In this document: positions 7,038 to 9,039 of the stretch, one piece after another
How the letters are laid out: each line of letters starts with the position of its first letter
How positions within the stretch are numbered: the first letter of the stretch is position 1
Origin: Amoebophrya sp. A120
Lineage: Eukaryota; Protista; Dinoflagellata
Length of the DNA: 9,039 nt
Reading direction: 5' to 3'
Assembly: GCA_905178155.1 (NCBI GenBank)
Contig: CAJINV010000091.1
Span: 1 to 9,039 of the forward strand
The notes under the pieces: generated by a model
The model's database searches: none
What the model was told of the DNA's origin: nothing
What the model saw: only the letters and a program-made list of their open reading frames with translations
Translations under genes and position numbers: made by a program

Positions 7038-8894
7038 TCAGTTTCGCTTCATCCCGGTGCTAATGCATGTCGGCCGCATAATAGGCCAACGCGGGAGACA
7101 AACGCTATCGGGAGAAGTAACCGCCTGGTTGCGGTACCGCTGGGCGGAGGCAATTGCCTGCCACCCTCCAATGTGCATAATCTTCTCGTCACTTTCACCC
7201 GCGTCGGCAGCGCTCATGGCGCCTCCTACGCGCCAGCTCCTTGGGTTGAAAGCCTTGCGCCCACGTAATCCTTCCACCGCGGGGTTCGCTATGCCCGCGA
7301 GTCCTAGAAGTTCGTCAAGGCAGTGTGCGTACTGCTGGGGCCGCACACGTCGCATCTGGTTCGACGCGTCCGTCGAAAGGCAATGTACCGGGCACACCGG
7401 CACAAAGTTAAAATTGCTCGGAAAATCTCCGCAGCAACATTCGAACGGGACCTCGCGCCCGTGCCCTACTTGATCCGTCTTCGTGGATGTCACGACGTAT
7501 TTTATCGCCGCGTCGTCAATCGACGTGATTCTATCCGTGAGGACCAACTCCTCCGGCCTCAGCATGCAGAACCAGGCCGCGATTAGCCACTCAACGAAAA
7601 ACTTGACCGGCAGCTTCAGTCCTCCACCTAAATCGAACTTCGCCGTCTTGCACGCTTCGGCAACCTCAACGAAGTGCAAGACATGCGAAAGGCGAAAGCC
7701 AACCTCCGAGTGCGGCTTCTCGGCCACCTGTCTCAACATCCCGCTGTGGGTGCGGAAGGCTGCCGCAACCTCCGGCGCTAGGGGCCGCAGCTTGTCCAAC
7801 ACACTTTTGACGTAGGACATGTAGACGGCCCGCGATTGTCTAAAATCGCTGCAGTAGAGGAAGGCGTCGCCTAAGAGCTCCACCGCATAGGGCGTCACCA
7901 CCCTCGGGTCTAAGTCGCACTCTATCAGCAGCTCGACGTACTTGGAGTACACTCTTTTGTAACTCTTCAGCGACTTCTCGTTGCATCTGTGATCGATGCT
8001 ACGCGGCAGCTGTGCCCAGGAAAGGTTGATGATTTGCTGAAGATGGCCCTTCCACCGTGACCCCCCTTCGGGATGAGAGAGGCGGCCATCCGCTTTGTCC
8101 CGCTGAACTTCTAACTGCATCCGCTTAACTGCTTCCGCCCAAGAGCACGGCGGGAGCTCTGGGCGCCTGGACTTGTTAACTATTAGCCTACCGGGCAGGT
8201 TATCTGCCACCGCCGCTCTTGCCATTTCTCCATCCCTATTCCAGATGGTACTAAATTTATTCGGAGCTGCTTGCGCCGAAATGTCAGACTTTTCTTTGAG
8301 CCCGAGCCGTGCCAGCTTGCCCTCATGCTGCGGCGCTCCCGGCTGAGTTTCCTTTTTCGACCGAGATGAGGCTTGCAGTGAGCTACTACTGGACTGGCCG
8401 AGCGTAGCTCTTGTGTAGCTACTGCTGGTCTTGAAGCTAAGTGAAGTAAGTCCATCCGCACTAGTGTGCTGTAGCTGTAGCGAGGACGCCCCACTCGCCT
8501 GCTCGAAGGAGAAACTTTTATTCTGCTCCGAGTTAAAATGCGCGGCGGCTAGTGCCGCAGGGACAATGTCCTCCAGCAAACCTAAACTGGAGGACGGCGC
8601 AACGCTGCCCAGGCTTTTTGTTTTACTGCTTGCGTTGGTCTGGCCACACTGGTCGCGACCTTCTCTTGTATACGACTGCTTTTTTAGTGCTGGCTCCAGC
8701 CCAGTGCTACTACTACTACCACTCGACGAGGCTGCCGCGCTTTTTGGTTGTGGCGGCGGTGGGATGGGAGGGCGCTTTACTACTATTGCCCGGGGGTCAT
8801 TCAGAAAGACTGACAACTGCGGAGGCAGAGGCGGCGGCACTGGTACTTCTGGCCGCACATGCTCCGCGCGGTACTTCTGTTTCGCGGTGCGCAT
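7038..8894 (-). CDS. Tyrosine recombinase (DIRS/Crypton/Cre-like) with long low-complexity N-terminus
   Basis: 618-aa ORF; ATG in AAAATG context with an in-frame TAG 18 nt upstream. Catalytic motifs: MLRPEE (R446), STKTDQ (K472), CPV, RSWRVGGA (R555; HxxR position), GGW (W578), AQRY (Y587). KTDQ, CPV and GxW...Y are typical of YR retroelement recombinases. Confidence 0.92.
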   Translation of the reverse strand: MRTAKQKYRAEHVRPEVPVPPPLPPQLSVFLNDPRAIVVKRPPIPPPPQPKSAAASSSGSSSSTGLEPALKKQSYTREGRDQCGQTNASSKTKSLGSVAPSSSLGLLEDIVPAALAAAHFNSEQNKSFSFEQASGASSLQLQHTSADGLTSLSFKTSSSYTRATLGQSSSSSLQASSRSKKETQPGAPQHEGKLARLGLKEKSDISAQAAPNKFSTIWNRDGEMARAAVADNLPGRLIVNKSRRPELPPCSWAEAVKRMQLEVQRDKADGRLSHPEGGSRWKGHLQQIINLSWAQLPRSIDHRCNEKSLKSYKRVYSKYVELLIECDLDPRVVTPYAVELLGDAFLYCSDFRQSRAVYMSYVKSVLDKLRPLAPEVAAAFRTHSGMLRQVAEKPHSEVGFRLSHVLHFVEVAEACKTAKFDLGGGLKLPVKFFVEWLIAAWFCMLRPEELVLTDRITSIDDAAIKYVVTSTKTDQVGHGREVPFECCCGDFPSNFNFVPVCPVHCLSTDASNQMRRVRPQQYAHCLDELLGLAGIANPAVEGLRGRKAFNPRSWRVGGAMSAADAGESDEKIMHIGGWQAIASAQRYRNQAVTSPDSVCLPRWPIMRPTCISTGMKRN

Positions 8895-9039
8895 TTTAGG
8901 TGTACTTGCCTATGGACGAACTACAAGGGGTGGGTATGTGGGGGGAGAAAAAATTTCTCACAAAAGTTCAGCCAGCTACTGATGGCTTGAACTAGCTATC
9001 AATCCCTTACCTATATGATCTGTTTTCAGCCTTGATTAC

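Larger units (their letters stand above)
155..8894 (-). mobile_element. Tyrosine-recombinase retrotransposon (DIRS order) coding span; termini not defined
   Basis: YR, Gag-like and RT/RNase H ORFs occur together on one strand with no DDE integrase. It could be one element or parts of two adjacent copies. Confidence 0.8.

Noticed and set aside
155-8894. Prokaryotic interpretation (retron, DGR, group II intron or prophage integrase)
   Set aside because: The RT is fused to a DIRS-type RNase H, and no Shine-Dalgarno/operon spacing, TR/VR pair, maturase or phage genes were seen.
5124-8982. Antisense and alternate-frame ORFs over gag and YR, and short spacer ORFs (e.g. 6420..6659)
   Set aside because: Explained as shadows of the main ORFs or as chance; no motifs.

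Overview
The window is mostly a tyrosine-recombinase (DIRS-order) retroelement, probably from a eukaryote. Three intact, non-overlapping, co-oriented ORFs lie on the minus strand: a tyrosine recombinase (8894-7038), a Gag-like coiled-coil/CCCH protein (5926-5060) and a reverse transcriptase/RNase H (2572-155). This YR-gag-RT/RH order and the >1 kb spacers are atypical. Between gag and RT sits a 1263-bp non-autonomous DNA-transposon-like insertion (3442-4704) with 21-bp TIRs and a near-perfect 8-bp TSD. It has an AT-rich hairpin and mirrored 12-bp repeat array exactly at its midpoint. The only two TIR mismatches create a GT donor and an AG acceptor on the minus strand, resembling an introner. 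The termini of the retroelement could not be identified.
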